NCBI GenBank assembly: GCA_903813345.2
Contig: CAIIXF020000001.1
Span: 7,378,001 to 7,442,000, forward strand
Direction: 5' to 3'
Length of the DNA: 64,000 nucleotides
Origin: Owenia fusiformis
Taxonomy: Eukaryota
Numbering within the stretch: position 1 is the stretch's first letter; every line of letters begins with the position of its first letter. Positions 63,136-64,000 of the stretch are shown piece by piece. The position numbers and the translations under genes were made by a program. The notes beneath the pieces were generated by a model that saw only the letters and a program-made list of their open reading frames with translations, had not been told where the DNA came from and made no database searches.

Positions 63136-64000
63136 ATGGCATCAAATACACAGGAAACTCAAGAGTCAAAGTCAGGGGAAAATGACAATGTGTCTAATAA
63201 ATCTAACAACTTTGACTCCATCGCCATTAGTGTAGATGACACAAAAGACAGTAGCGATGATGTCACTGATACATCAAGTATGTTGCGGAAGAAAAAACAG
63301 CGTCCAAAATCTGAGAGTGTTTTAGGTGATAACCGTGTCAATAAACAGTCAACTCTTAAACGTGCATCAGATGGAAACTGCGATGAAGATGCCCTTAACG
63401 AGAGTTTAGATTCAGCACGACGTAGGATTGTAACTATGACAGGGACCATTACAAGAGGGAACCAGATAGGACAGACAGTGGACGTTGAGCTGAAACTATC
63501 ACAAGATGAGCTCAGGAAATTAAACCAAAGTTTTGACAGTGAGGATGATGATCCAAATCCTGATTGCGTTTGGGGGCCAAAAAAGGGACTTCATATTTTT
63601 CTATTCACGTTATTGGTCATCCCTGTAGCACTTGTGTTATCATTTTGTGTGGCTTTCTATATGGGGATCATGATGTGGTATAACATGTTCATATACTTCA
63701 GTGAAGAAAGAACAATCTGGCATAAGATATTCATATGTCCTTTACTTATATTATTCTTGCCATTTCTTATTGTTCTAGTCTCACTTGGGATAGGCTTATA
63801 TGCCTGCATTATACAAATCTCATGGTGGTTCCGCAGCTGGAAGCGGGAAATTCGTGACTACGAAAAGGGATTTTATGGTTGGATCTGTAACAAGCTAGAC
63901 ATTGCAGAATGTTCGCCATATGAAGTTGTAATCCTGGATGAATCTCAACTTGATTTACAGACTCCTCTACAGCAAACTGAAGCTACTGCTCAATCTGCAG
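63136..64000 (+). CDS. TMEM169: Transmembrane protein 169 (runs off the window end)
   Basis: Acceptor TTTTTCAG at 63118; open frame MASNTQ...VTMTGTITRG...WYNMFIYFSEERTIWHKI..CP...DYEKGFYGWICNKL..ECSPY, the TMEM169 signature. Missing from the ORF track because there is no stop in the window. Confidence 0.92.
   Translation, partial: MASNTQETQESKSGENDNVSNKSNNFDSIAISVDDTKDSSDDVTDTSSMLRKKKQRPKSESVLGDNRVNKQSTLKRASDGNCDEDALNESLDSARRRIVTMTGTITRGNQIGQTVDVELKLSQDELRKLNQSFDSEDDDPNPDCVWGPKKGLHIFLFTLLVIPVALVLSFCVAFYMGIMMWYNMFIYFSEERTIWHKIFICPLLILFLPFLIVLVSLGIGLYACIIQISWWFRSWKREIRDYEKGFYGWICNKLDIAECSPYEVVILDESQLDLQTPLQQTEATAQSA

Noticed and set aside
63159-63449. 96-aa minus-strand ORF
   Set aside because: Antisense shadow of the TMEM169 coding exon.

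Overview
AT-rich animal genomic DNA with spliceosomal introns, probably a marine invertebrate (lophotrochozoan-like; inferred, not provable here). The backbone is a minus-strand TBC1D5 (Rab7 GAP) gene: 13 phase-consistent coding exons from ATG 50450 down to 27401, with the rest of the gene further left. TMEM169 starts divergently at 63136 and runs off the window. Two intact genes with single-exon coding regions lie on the opposite strand, apparently inside TBC1D5 introns. One is a cGAS-like receptor (cGLR/Mab21 nucleotidyltransferase, 51717-53129) with an intact catalytic triad but unusual substrate-pocket residues. The other is an atypical class A GPCR (23148-25589) with a C-terminal tail of 22 x 16-aa repeats. 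The rest is dense, nested transposons: two decayed Academ elements, Helentron-type (HINE) elements with ~162 and ~330 bp arrays, a young 5'-truncated LINE, and many MITEs. Smaller features include a 168-bp TSD-flanked insertion with a minimal hammerhead-ribozyme motif and a MULE-like MITE carrying two tandem NF-kB consensus sites. All family calls come from motif recognition by eye; no database searches were run.
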